Assembly: GCA_001799675.1 (NCBI GenBank)
Contig: MGTX01000001.1
Span: 1,602-65,601 of the forward strand
Length of the DNA: 64,000 bases
Reading direction: 5' to 3'
From: Elusimicrobia bacterium GWA2_66_18
Lineage (GTDB): Bacteria > Elusimicrobiota > Elusimicrobia > UBA1565 > UBA9628
Shown piece by piece: positions 27,854 through 37,890 of this stretch. Within the stretch, counting starts at the first letter, position 1; the number at the start of each line of letters is the position of its first letter. The translations under genes were made by a program, and so were the position numbers. Below the pieces are notes generated by a model. It saw only the letters and a list, made by a program, of their open reading frames with translations. It had not been told where the DNA came from and did no database searches.

Positions 27854-29037
27854 CCTATCTCGACCACAACGCAACCACCCCGATCCGCCCCGAGGTCGTG
27901 GACGCGATGCTCCCCTGGCTGCGCGACGGCTACGGCAACCCGAGTTCCGTCTACGCCCTGGGCCAGAGCGCCCGCGCCGCCGTCGAGAACGCGCGCGAGC
28001 GAGTCGCCGCGCTTGTCGGCGCGCGGGACTCCTCCGAGATCGTCTTCACCTCCGGCGGCTCCGAGTCCGACGTGCTCGCCATCGCGGGCGGCGCCTGGCA
28101 GGCTCATGACGAGTCGAAGGGCAAGCGCCGCAAGGTCGTGACGAGCTGCATCGAGCACGACGCGGTCCGCCTGCTGTCCTCCCAGCTCCGGCGCCGCGGC
28201 TTCGAGGTGGCGCAGGCGGGCTGCGGCTCGGACGGCGTCGTCCTCGCCTCCGAGTTGGCGGGCAGAGTCGACGACGCCGCCGCCGTCGTCAGCCTCATGC
28301 ACGCCAACAACGAGACCGGCGTCCTCCAGCCCGTGACGCAGGCTGCGGCCGCCGCGCGCGCGCGCGGAGCGCTCAGCCACACCGACGCCGTCCAGTCCCT
28401 CGGTAAGCTCGCCGTCGACGTCAAGGCCCTGGGCGTGGACCTCCTCTCCCTCTCCGGACACAAGATCAACGCCCCCAAGGGAGTGGGCGCGCTCTTCGTC
28501 CGCCGCGGCGTGCGCCTCTCGCCGATTGTGACCGGTCACCAGGAGAAGAACCGCCGCGGCGGCACCGAGAACGTGGCCTCCATCGTGGCCCTCGGCCTGG
28601 CCTGCGAATTGGCCGCGCGGGAACTCTCCGAGGCCTCGGCCCGCGCGCTGGCCCTGCGCAAGCGCCTGGAAGCGGGGGTCCTTCTCATCCGAGGATCCCG
28701 GCTCAACGGGCACCCCGAGAATCGTCTTCCCACCACCGCGCACTTCAGCTTCGAGGGGATCGACGGCCACCACCTCGTGGTGGCCCTGGACCTGGAGGGC
28801 GTCTGCATCTCGAGCGGTCCCGCCTGTTCCTCGGGGGCTTCGACCCCCTCGCACGTCCTCGCCGCCATGGGCGTGGGCCCGAAACTGGCCGTCGGTTCCA
28901 TCCGCGTCTCGGTCGGCTGGGGCACGAGCGATGCCGACGTCGACCGCTTTCTCGCGACGCTGCCCAGCGCCGTCGAGCGCCTGAGAGAGATCGAGGGCGT
29001 TGCGCAGGGAAGTCACGCGGCGAGGAGAGCCGCGTGA
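27850..29037 (+). CDS. Cysteine desulfurase (NifS/IscS family, PLP-dependent)
   Basis: MTYLDHNATTPIRPEVVDAM..YGNPSSVYALG..ARERVAALVGA..EIVFTSGGSESD.. and ..SLSGHKINAPKGVGALFVR.. (PLP Lys region). Confidence 0.85.
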   Translation: MTYLDHNATTPIRPEVVDAMLPWLRDGYGNPSSVYALGQSARAAVENARERVAALVGARDSSEIVFTSGGSESDVLAIAGGAWQAHDESKGKRRKVVTSCIEHDAVRLLSSQLRRRGFEVAQAGCGSDGVVLASELAGRVDDAAAVVSLMHANNETGVLQPVTQAAAAARARGALSHTDAVQSLGKLAVDVKALGVDLLSLSGHKINAPKGVGALFVRRGVRLSPIVTGHQEKNRRGGTENVASIVALGLACELAARELSEASARALALRKRLEAGVLLIRGSRLNGHPENRLPTTAHFSFEGIDGHHLVVALDLEGVCISSGPACSSGASTPSHVLAAMGVGPKLAVGSIRVSVGWGTSDADVDRFLATLPSAVERLREIEGVAQGSHAARRAA

Positions 29038-30101
29038 CCCGGGTCCTGGCGGCGATGAGCGGCGGCGTGGACAGTTCCGTGGCCGCCGCCCTCCTCGTCG
29101 CGCGCGGCCATGAGGTCGTGGGAGTGACGATGAAGCTCCTGCCGCGCGCCGAGACGGGCTTCGGCTGTTGCGGTTCTCCCGCCGATGTGGAGGACGCCAA
29201 GCGCGTCTGCGACCGCCTCGGCATCTCCCATTACACGGCCGACATGTCCGAACTCTTCGAGTCCAAGGTCATCCGGCCCTTCGTGGAGGCATGGCTGTCC
29301 GCGCGCACGCCGAACCCCTGCGTCGAGTGCAACCGCTCGATCAAGTTCGGCCGCCTCCTGGGGCTCGCCGAGGCCTGGGGCTGCGACACGGTCGCCACCG
29401 GCCACTACGCGCGCGTGGAAGATGGACGCCTGCTCAAGGCCGCGGATCGAGACAAAGACCAGACCTATTTCCTGTACTCCCTGACCGCGCGGGAACTCCC
29501 GCGCGTCGACTTCCCCATCGGCGCCCTGTCCAAGTTCGAGGTCCGCGAGAAGGCGCGCGCTCTGGGACTGCGCGTGGCGGACAAGGCCGAGAGCCAGGAG
29601 ACCTGCTTCGTGCCCGCCCGCGACGTGCGCGGCTTCGTGGCCTCCCGCCCCGAGTCCGCAGGGGCGGCGGCTCTGCGCCCGGGAGAGATCCGCGATACCT
29701 CCGGCCGCGTGCGGGGCAGGCACTCCGGCCTGGCATCCTATACCGTCGGTCAGCGCAAGGGGCTGAGGCTCTCATCCTCCGAGCCTCTCTATGTCGTGCG
29801 CCTGGAGGCCGGGGAGAACGCACTGGTCGTCGGGGCGCAAGACGAGATATTCTCGGCCGGATTCGTCGCCGACGCCGTCACCTGGACCGGCGTTGCGCCC
29901 GAGGCAACGCGCCGAGCCGAGGTCCGCGTGCGTCACCGGCATCCGCCGGCTCCGGCGGAGCTGATTCCGCGCGCGGATGGAGCCGTCTCGGTCTTCTTCG
30001 ATTCTCCCCAGCGCGCTCCCGCGCCCGGGCAGGCGGCGGTGTTCTATGACGGCGACGAGGTGCTGGGCGGCGGGACCATCATCAACGGAGGTGCGTCATG
30101 A
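29034..30101 (+). CDS. mnmA: tRNA-specific 2-thiouridylase MnmA
   Basis: PP-loop ..VLAAMSGGVDSSVAA.., ..NPCVECNRSIKFGRLL.., ..TGHYARVEDGRLLKAADRDKDQTYFLY... GTG start overlaps the desulfurase stop. Confidence 0.85.
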   Translation: MTRVLAAMSGGVDSSVAAALLVARGHEVVGVTMKLLPRAETGFGCCGSPADVEDAKRVCDRLGISHYTADMSELFESKVIRPFVEAWLSARTPNPCVECNRSIKFGRLLGLAEAWGCDTVATGHYARVEDGRLLKAADRDKDQTYFLYSLTARELPRVDFPIGALSKFEVREKARALGLRVADKAESQETCFVPARDVRGFVASRPESAGAAALRPGEIRDTSGRVRGRHSGLASYTVGQRKGLRLSSSEPLYVVRLEAGENALVVGAQDEIFSAGFVADAVTWTGVAPEATRRAEVRVRHRHPPAPAELIPRADGAVSVFFDSPQRAPAPGQAAVFYDGDEVLGGGTIINGGAS

Positions 30102-30559
30102 GAAGGATCCGGGCACTGGCCATTTTAGCGGCGTCGATCTCCGGCTGCGCGGGCCTTTTTGCCAAGGACGAGGCCGCAGCCGATTTCGACAAGGAGACGA
30201 ACGCCGTCGAGGCTCGCATCAAGGAGGACCGGGTGCGCTCCGCCCTCGGCCGTTTTGAGGAGTCCATCGCCGACTTCTACAAGACCGAGAAGCGCATTCC
30301 CGAGAGGCTCGACCAACTGGTGCCTAAATATCTCGCCGAGGTTCCGTCCTTGGACCTTCCGGTCTGCGGGAGGGAGACGGAGAAGGTCCAGATCTACCCG
30401 GCGGATATCCTCCGCGGCGGCCAGGTGGACGGCTCCATGCTTAAGGGCACCGGCCGCTGGGGTTACGTCTACAATGATCACCAGGTCATCGTCTTCGTGG
30501 ATTGCCTGAAGGACTCCTCGCACGGCATCCCCTGGTATCAGGAGCGGGGCGTCTTCTAG
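30098..30559 (+). CDS. Lipoprotein, hypothetical
   Basis: Lipobox ..ILAASISGCAG. 153 aa. No family recognised. Confidence 0.45.
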   Translation: MRRIRALAILAASISGCAGLFAKDEAAADFDKETNAVEARIKEDRVRSALGRFEESIADFYKTEKRIPERLDQLVPKYLAEVPSLDLPVCGRETEKVQIYPADILRGGQVDGSMLKGTGRWGYVYNDHQVIVFVDCLKDSSHGIPWYQERGVF

Positions 30560-30570
30560 CCGTCCGGCGC

Positions 30571-31266
30571 CTACTTCGGCGGATGGCTGGTAAACCAGTC
30601 CGCGGCCAAGAGCGCCACCGTCTCGAGCGCGCCGGGCTCTTGGAAGAGATGCGTCGCTCCGGGGACGATCGCGAGTCGGTGCTCCGCGTTCAGGGCGCGG
30701 GCGGCCTCCTCGTTCATGGCGATGACCGGGGTGTCATTTCCCCCGACGATCAGCAGCGTCGGGGCCTTCACCCGGGGCAGCGCCTCCAGAGCCAGGTCGG
30801 GGCGGCCTCCGCGCGAGACCACGGCGAAGATCTCGTTTGGACGCGAGGCCGCGGCCGTCAAGGCCGCCGCCGCCCCCGTGCTGGCGCCGAAATAACCGAG
30901 GGCCAGAGGGCGGGTCTTCTCCCGGCTTTTCAGCCAATCCGAGACTCCCTCGAGGCGCCGCGCCAGGAACGGGATGTCGAAGCGCAGAGCGGCCGTCGCC
31001 GAGTCCGACGCCTCCTCCTCCGGCGTGAGGAGGTCGATGAGCAGGGTGGCCAGCCCCGCCTGATCCAGGGCTTCGGCCACGAAGCGGTTTCGCGGGCTCA
31101 GGCGGCTGCTGCCGCTGCCATGCGCGAAGAGCACAAGCGCCCCCGCTTGCGGCGGCAGGCGCATGTCTCCCGTCAGGTCTGCGCCCCCCGTCAGGATCGT
31201 CACGCGCATCGGTGGCGTCTTCACTCCGGTCATGAGTTCAGGGCTCCCTGGTAGGCTTTGTCGCAA
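30571..31266 (-). CDS. Dienelactone-hydrolase-family alpha/beta hydrolase
   Basis: ..ALVLFAHGSGSS..LGYFGASTGAAAAL..LLIVGGNDTPV..VPGATHLF.. (nucleophile elbow G-x-S-x-G and catalytic His region). Confidence 0.65.
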   Translation of the reverse strand: MRQSLPGSPELMTGVKTPPMRVTILTGGADLTGDMRLPPQAGALVLFAHGSGSSRLSPRNRFVAEALDQAGLATLLIDLLTPEEEASDSATAALRFDIPFLARRLEGVSDWLKSREKTRPLALGYFGASTGAAAALTAAASRPNEIFAVVSRGGRPDLALEALPRVKAPTLLIVGGNDTPVIAMNEEAARALNAEHRLAIVPGATHLFQEPGALETVALLAADWFTSHPPK

Positions 31267-31292
31267 CGGAAATACCCCGGAAGGGAAGGGCC

Positions 31293-32645
31293 TTAGTCGG
31301 TCGCGTAGTGCCTGCGAAAGGCGGCTTCGTCGGTTTCGGGGCAGGACCCGGCGGCGCGGCGGGCCAGGTGGGAGGCGAAGGCCGCTCCCAAGTGGGCCAG
31401 GGCGTGGAGCCGGCGCAGGCGGGGGCGGGCGCGCAGGAAGCGCTTCAAGGCCGGCGCGGGCTGGGGCCAGGGGGGGATCGCCGCGACCGGACGGCCGTCG
31501 AGCGTCGTCAGTTGCGTCGTCCCGTGCGCGGCCGCACCGAGCTTGCGGCAGGCCGCGTCGGTCGCGGCCTCCGCCATCAGCCGGTAGTCGGACATCTTGC
31601 CGCCGCCGATGGTGAGCAGTCCGGGGATGCCGTCGCGGAGTTCGTGGTCGAAGACCTCGAAATCGCGCGAGAGGAGATTCTCGGCGCCGGGCTGACCCAG
31701 GATGGGGCGAGAGCCCACGATGGTAGCGTCATGATGCCGCGGCCAGCGCGGGAAGTAGCGCCGGACCGAGCGCGTCAGGTAAGCGATCTCGTCGTCGGTG
31801 GTGCGCGCCTCGTCCGGGTCGTCCGGTCCGGGCAGGTCGGTCGGGCCCACCCAGGTTCCGAGCGGGGAGGGCACGACGAAGATGCAGCGGGAGCGGTCCT
31901 CGGCTTCCAGGAGCAGGCCGACCGGGCTCAAAGCCTGGTCGCGGTAAACGAGGTGGGTCCCCTTCATGAGGCGCAGAGGCAGGCTGGCTCCGGCCAGGCG
32001 CGCGACCTTGTCCACCCAGGGCCCGGCCGCGTTGACTGTGACCCGGCCGCGCAGGTTCCGGCCTCCGGCGCGCACGCCGATGACGCGCGCGCCCGCGCGC
32101 AGGACGGCCTCGGCGGGCGCGCCCAGCAGGATCTGGGCGCCGGCGGCCTTCGCCGACTCCAGGGTGCGCCGGGCCAGGTCTTCGGCGTCCACCCACCACT
32201 CATCGAAAGAGAGGGCGCCGATCAATCCCTCGGTCTTGATCCCGGGCACGAGCCGCGCGCAGGTCTCGGCGGATAGACGCAGATGCCGCCTCCCGTGCTT
32301 CATCGGTTGGAAACGGTCGTATTCCTCGAGGAGAGTCTCCACGGTCTCGAGCCCTCGCGCGTGGTCGCGGTACACGGGCCAGACGATGGGCAGACGCGTC
32401 AGAAGGTCGCCGGCCGTGCGCACGATATGCCCGCAATCCCAGCAAGTTTCGTGCGTGGTCAAACGGTCGTAGAGAAGGTAGCGCATGCCGCCGTGGATGA
32501 GGTGGGTGGAGGCGGCGGTGGTCCCGCAGCCGGGAGCGCCGCGCTCGACGAGGGCGACGGTGAGTCCGCGCAGGGCGGCGTCGCGCGCCACGCCCGCGCC
32601 CGTCACGCCGCCGCCGACGACGATGACGTCGAAGGGCGCGCTCAT
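31293..32645 (-). CDS. glpD: FAD-dependent glycerol-3-phosphate dehydrogenase (GlpD/GlpA type)
   Basis: MSAPFDVIVVGGGVTGAGVARDAALRGLTVALVE..TTAASTHLIHGGMRYL matches the GlpD N-terminal FAD fold. Start taken at Met38 of the ORF-track protein. Confidence 0.8.
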   Translation of the reverse strand: MSAPFDVIVVGGGVTGAGVARDAALRGLTVALVERGAPGCGTTAASTHLIHGGMRYLLYDRLTTHETCWDCGHIVRTAGDLLTRLPIVWPVYRDHARGLETVETLLEEYDRFQPMKHGRRHLRLSAETCARLVPGIKTEGLIGALSFDEWWVDAEDLARRTLESAKAAGAQILLGAPAEAVLRAGARVIGVRAGGRNLRGRVTVNAAGPWVDKVARLAGASLPLRLMKGTHLVYRDQALSPVGLLLEAEDRSRCIFVVPSPLGTWVGPTDLPGPDDPDEARTTDDEIAYLTRSVRRYFPRWPRHHDATIVGSRPILGQPGAENLLSRDFEVFDHELRDGIPGLLTIGGGKMSDYRLMAEAATDAACRKLGAAAHGTTQLTTLDGRPVAAIPPWPQPAPALKRFLRARPRLRRLHALAHLGAAFASHLARRAAGSCPETDEAAFRRHYATD

Positions 32646-32716
32646 CAGCGACAGTGTAGGCTTCCCATCGCGCCCCGTCAAGGAGCGTCCGGACAGGGAA
32701 ATGATAGAATCCGCCG

Positions 32717-34975
32717 ATGTCTCGGCCGCGGCTCTATTTCCTGGCGTTGCTCGCATCCGTCTTGACGTTCGCCGGGTCCTGGTCCTTGAGGAAGCTTCTC
32801 GATGGCCTGCCGCCCATCCAGGCGCTGGAGGAGTACAGCCCGTCGCTGACCACCCGGGTCTATGACATGAAGGGCGGAGTGATCGCCGAGTTCTCCATCG
32901 AGAAGCGCGCGCTCCTGCCTCTCTCGAAGATCCCCGTCGATCTCCAGAACGCCGTCATCGCGGTCGAGGACGACAACTTCTTCAAGCACTGGGGCATCTC
33001 GCCTAAGGGCATGGTGCGCTCGGCGGTGCGCAATTTCGTGGCCCGGCGCGTGGTCCAGGGCGCTTCAACCATCACCCAGCAGTTGGCCAAGCAGATATTC
33101 CTCAAGCCCGAGCGCAAGGTTTCCCGCAAGATCCGCGAGGTCCTGCTGGCGTTCGAGATCGAGGTGAACTTCTCCAAGACCGAGATCCTACAGCTCTACC
33201 TCAACCAGGTCTATTTCGGCGAAGGGGCCTACGGCGTCCAGGCCGCGGCGCGCAACTATTTCGGAAAGGAAGTCTCGGAGATGACGCTGGCCGACTGCGC
33301 GCTCCTGGCCGGTCTCGTGCGCGCGCCCCGCGCCAACTCGCCCTTCTTCCGCTCCGAGAACGCGCGCAAGCGCCGCGCCGTCGTCCTCCAGCGCATGCTG
33401 GACGAGGGTCTGATCACTGCCGCGGAGCGCGACGCGGCCAACGCCCAGCCCGTCCCGGTCTCCAAGCCCCTGGGTTTCGACACCCAGGCGCCTTACTTCG
33501 TGGAGCACATCCGCCGGCGCCTCGAGCAGAAGTACGGCACGGCCGCAGTCTGGCGCGGGGGCCTCAAAATCTACACCACCCTGGACCTGGAGGCGCAGAA
33601 GAAGGCCGAAGAGGTGATGCAGAAGGCGCTGGAGGAGTTCGACGTCAAAGCGCAAGCCGAGCATGAGAAGAAGATCCAGGAGCTCCAGGCCGGCGGCGAG
33701 CCCCTGCCGCCCGAGGTCTCCACGGCGCCGCTCTCCAATATCCAGGGCGCTTTCACCCTCATGGACGTCAAGAGCGGGGCCGTCCGCGCCATGATCGGCG
33801 GCCGCGACTCGCACTTCAACCGCGTGACCCAGGCTAAGCGCCAGCCCGGCTCCACCTTCAAACCCTTCGTCTGGGCCGCGGCGCTCAACTCCGGCATGAC
33901 CGCGGCGAGCCTGGTCGATGACGCGCCTCTGGCGTTCTATTTCGACGGCCGGGACTGGCGCCTCCTGGAAGGGGCGACAGACCAGTATTCCATCAACCTG
34001 GCCACCCAGCCCTTCGCCGCCTCGCCCGACTTCAAGATATGGGTCCCGAACAATTTCGACGGCAAGTTCCTGGGCCGCATCACCCTGCGCATGGCCCTGG
34101 CCCACTCGCGGAACATCTCCTCGATCAACCTCATCACCCAGGTCGGCCCCCCGATGGTCGTCGAGATCGCCCATCGCGCCGGCATTCGTTCGGACTTGGA
34201 GCCCGCGCCCGCCCTGGGCCTGGGCGCTTCCGTCGTCACGCCTCTCGAGATGACCAACGCCTTCGCCGCCTTCGCCAACGGCGGCATCGCGGTCACGCCC
34301 TACACCGTCGAGCGCGTCGAGGACTCCAGCGGCCGCGTGCTGGAGGGTCACCTGCCCTCCGACCGCGAGGCTATGTCGCCCCAGTTGGCCTACCTTACCG
34401 TCAACATGATGAAGGCCGTCGTGCAGAACGGCACGGGCACGTACGCCCGCAAGCTCAACCGCCCTCTCGCGGGCAAGACCGGCACCTCCAACGACAACCG
34501 CGACCTGTGGTTTATCGGCGTCACTCCGGATCTGGCGGCGGGCGCTTGGATGGGCTATGACGATTTCTCGTCGCTGGGCCGAAAGGACTGGACGGGAGGC
34601 TCGACCGTCCTGCCGTGGTGGACCGCCGTCATGGAGGATGTTCTCAAAGACGCGCCCAAGAGGGATTTCCCGGCGCCTCCCGGGATCGTCTTCGCGGCCA
34701 TCGACTCCGAGACGGGGCTCCTCTTCGGCCCGAACTGCCAAAAAAAGAACAAGCTCCTCGAGGCTTTCGCGGCCGGGACCGAGCCTAAACGCTATTGCGA
34801 CATCGACCATGCGCAGCCGGTCTCCCAACAGATGGAATCGGAGCCCGCGGCCGGCGCGACCGGCTCCGTATTGCCGTCGGCGGCCGGTGAGACGCCGCCG
34901 CCTCTTCCCAGCGAGGATGAGATCGAGGGCAAGCCGGCCCCCGCTGAGAGCGAGGAGTCGGCGGGACTCGAATGA
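32717..34975 (+). CDS. mrcA: Penicillin-binding protein 1A (bifunctional transglycosylase/transpeptidase)
   Basis: GT51 motifs ..AVIAVEDDNFFKHWGISPKG.., ..GASTITQQLAKQ... TP motifs ..SGSTFKPFVWAAAL.., ..SRN.., ..KTGTSND... Confidence 0.9.
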   Translation: MSRPRLYFLALLASVLTFAGSWSLRKLLDGLPPIQALEEYSPSLTTRVYDMKGGVIAEFSIEKRALLPLSKIPVDLQNAVIAVEDDNFFKHWGISPKGMVRSAVRNFVARRVVQGASTITQQLAKQIFLKPERKVSRKIREVLLAFEIEVNFSKTEILQLYLNQVYFGEGAYGVQAAARNYFGKEVSEMTLADCALLAGLVRAPRANSPFFRSENARKRRAVVLQRMLDEGLITAAERDAANAQPVPVSKPLGFDTQAPYFVEHIRRRLEQKYGTAAVWRGGLKIYTTLDLEAQKKAEEVMQKALEEFDVKAQAEHEKKIQELQAGGEPLPPEVSTAPLSNIQGAFTLMDVKSGAVRAMIGGRDSHFNRVTQAKRQPGSTFKPFVWAAALNSGMTAASLVDDAPLAFYFDGRDWRLLEGATDQYSINLATQPFAASPDFKIWVPNNFDGKFLGRITLRMALAHSRNISSINLITQVGPPMVVEIAHRAGIRSDLEPAPALGLGASVVTPLEMTNAFAAFANGGIAVTPYTVERVEDSSGRVLEGHLPSDREAMSPQLAYLTVNMMKAVVQNGTGTYARKLNRPLAGKTGTSNDNRDLWFIGVTPDLAAGAWMGYDDFSSLGRKDWTGGSTVLPWWTAVMEDVLKDAPKRDFPAPPGIVFAAIDSETGLLFGPNCQKKNKLLEAFAAGTEPKRYCDIDHAQPVSQQMESEPAAGATGSVLPSAAGETPPPLPSEDEIEGKPAPAESEESAGLE

Positions 34976-35882
34976 ACTTCCGGCGATCCGGCGACGAGGA
35001 TGAGGGCGGTCTGAGCCTGCGCGGGGGACTTCTCGTCGGGGCGGCGGCGGTGGCCATGATCGGGGCATGGATATGGCTGGCTCACCCCGGCGATGAGACG
35101 ATCTCCTCCCAGGGCTTCAACATGGGCATCGGCGGCCCCGCCCCGGCGCGGCCGCGGGACCTTCCCGCCGGCGCCGCGCCGGCTTTGACCCCGCGCGAGT
35201 CGGGAGACGTTTTGGCTATGATCCGCCGGGAGCCCTTGCCCGGCAACATCGAGCATTCCCCGTCCGGGCCCTCAGTCGATCCGGGATTCCTGACCAAGAC
35301 GACTCCCCCTGCCGCGGCCGGAGCGGCCACGCCCCCCTCCGCGCCCCGCTCCGCTCCGCCGGAGGCGGATAGGCACGCGCTGGCGGCGGCGGGGATTCCT
35401 ACCGATGCCAAGGGCCTGTCAAATCTCGGCGCCCAGAAGGGTCTGCTCTCGGCCGTGACCGCGAAGCTCCTCGATCACCCCGCGATCCTCAAGGCCGTCT
35501 TCAACAATAAGCTCGTCGTGGACGCCTTCATGAGCCGCGACGTCTCGCTCCGGAACTGCTCGGATTCCGGCGCGCTCAAGAGCTATCTTTCCGACCCCAA
35601 CTCCGCCGGCATGACTAAGGTCTTCCCGGTCCTCCAGGCGGCGCTCTCGAACCCGGCCTCGGCTGCGGCCTTGGCGGGAACGGAGATGGCCAAACGGGTG
35701 ACCGAGTGTCCGTCCGTGCGGGCTATGGCCAAGGATCCTTCGGCCTTCATGGCCGTGGCCGTTTCCAATCCGAAGGCGCTCCAACTACTCGCCGATCCGC
35801 GCCTGGCCCAGTCCTTGGCGGCTCATTCTGAGGCCTCGTCTTTGCTGAGCGGGGTGACCGCGTCGATGGGCGGGGCCGCCCC

Positions 35883-35892
<10 letters not shown>
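34972..35892 (+). CDS. Membrane-anchored Pro/Ala-rich hypothetical protein
   Basis: Single TM (LLVGAAAVAMIGAWIWLA), low-complexity linker, ~150-aa C-domain of unknown family. Start overlaps the PBP stop. Confidence 0.4.
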
Positions 35893-36947
<1,055 letters not shown>

Positions 36948-36993
36948 ATCTGGATTATCCAATTTAAATGGATAGAATAGACACGTGGCGGTC

Positions 36994-37890
36994 ATGAAGA
37001 TGGGCACGCGCGGTTCGCCTCTGGCCTTGGCGCAATCCGGCCAGGCGGCCCGCCGGCTCGAGGCGCTCAACCGCGGGCTCGTCATCGAGACCGTCGTCGT
37101 CAAGACGAGCGGCGATCTCTTCGGCGCGCCCCCGCCGGAGCAGGCGAAGAACCTTCCCCAGGGCGCCAAGGGCCTCTGGGTCAAGGAGATCGAGGAGGCC
37201 CTTCTCGACGGGAGCATCGACTTCGCGGCTCACAGCGCCAAGGACCTGCCCGCCCTCTTGGCTCCCGGGCTGTCCGTGGCGGCCTACCCCGAGCGCGAGG
37301 ACCCGCGCGACGCGCTGGTTGCCCGGGAGGGACTGGCCTGGGCGGTCCTGAAGGCGGGCATGAAGGTCGCGACCTCGTCGCTGCGTCGCCGGCTCATGCT
37401 CTCCGCCGCCGTGCCGGGCGTCCAACTCCAAGCCCTGCGAGGCAACGTGGACACGCGCCTGCGCAAGCTGCGCGAGGGCGAGTTCGACGCCATGGTCATC
37501 GCCGTCGCGGGCCTCAAGCGCCTCGGCCGCGGCGAGGTTCGCCACGAGCCCCTCGACCCCTCCGTGATGCTTCCCTCTCCCGCGCAGGGCTCGCTCGCCC
37601 TGGAGGTTCGTTCCGACCGCACGGACGTAGCCCGAATCGTCGGCGCCCTCGACCACCCGGCCACCCGGCTCTGCGTCGAGTTCGAGCGCGGCTTTTTGGG
37701 CGCGGTGGGCGGCGGCTGCGGCTCGCCGGTCGGCGCCTTCGCCCTCCCGCGGGGCGGCGGCGTGTTCCTCGAATGTTTCTTCGCCCGAGAGGGCGAGACG
37801 GCGGGCCGGCGCGTTCGCGGCCTCTGCGCGGATCCCGCCCGCCGCGAAGCCTTCGTCGCCGAGTTGGCCGCCCAAGCCCGCAAGGCATGA
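36994..37890 (+). CDS. hemC: Hydroxymethylbilane synthase (porphobilinogen deaminase)
   Basis: ..MGTRGSPLALAQ..VVVKTSGD..GKGLWVKEIEEALL..AAHSAKDLP.. The alternative GTG start at 36985 is also possible. Confidence 0.85.
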   Translation: MKMGTRGSPLALAQSGQAARRLEALNRGLVIETVVVKTSGDLFGAPPPEQAKNLPQGAKGLWVKEIEEALLDGSIDFAAHSAKDLPALLAPGLSVAAYPEREDPRDALVAREGLAWAVLKAGMKVATSSLRRRLMLSAAVPGVQLQALRGNVDTRLRKLREGEFDAMVIAVAGLKRLGRGEVRHEPLDPSVMLPSPAQGSLALEVRSDRTDVARIVGALDHPATRLCVEFERGFLGAVGGGCGSPVGAFALPRGGGVFLECFFAREGETAGRRVRGLCADPARREAFVAELAAQARKA

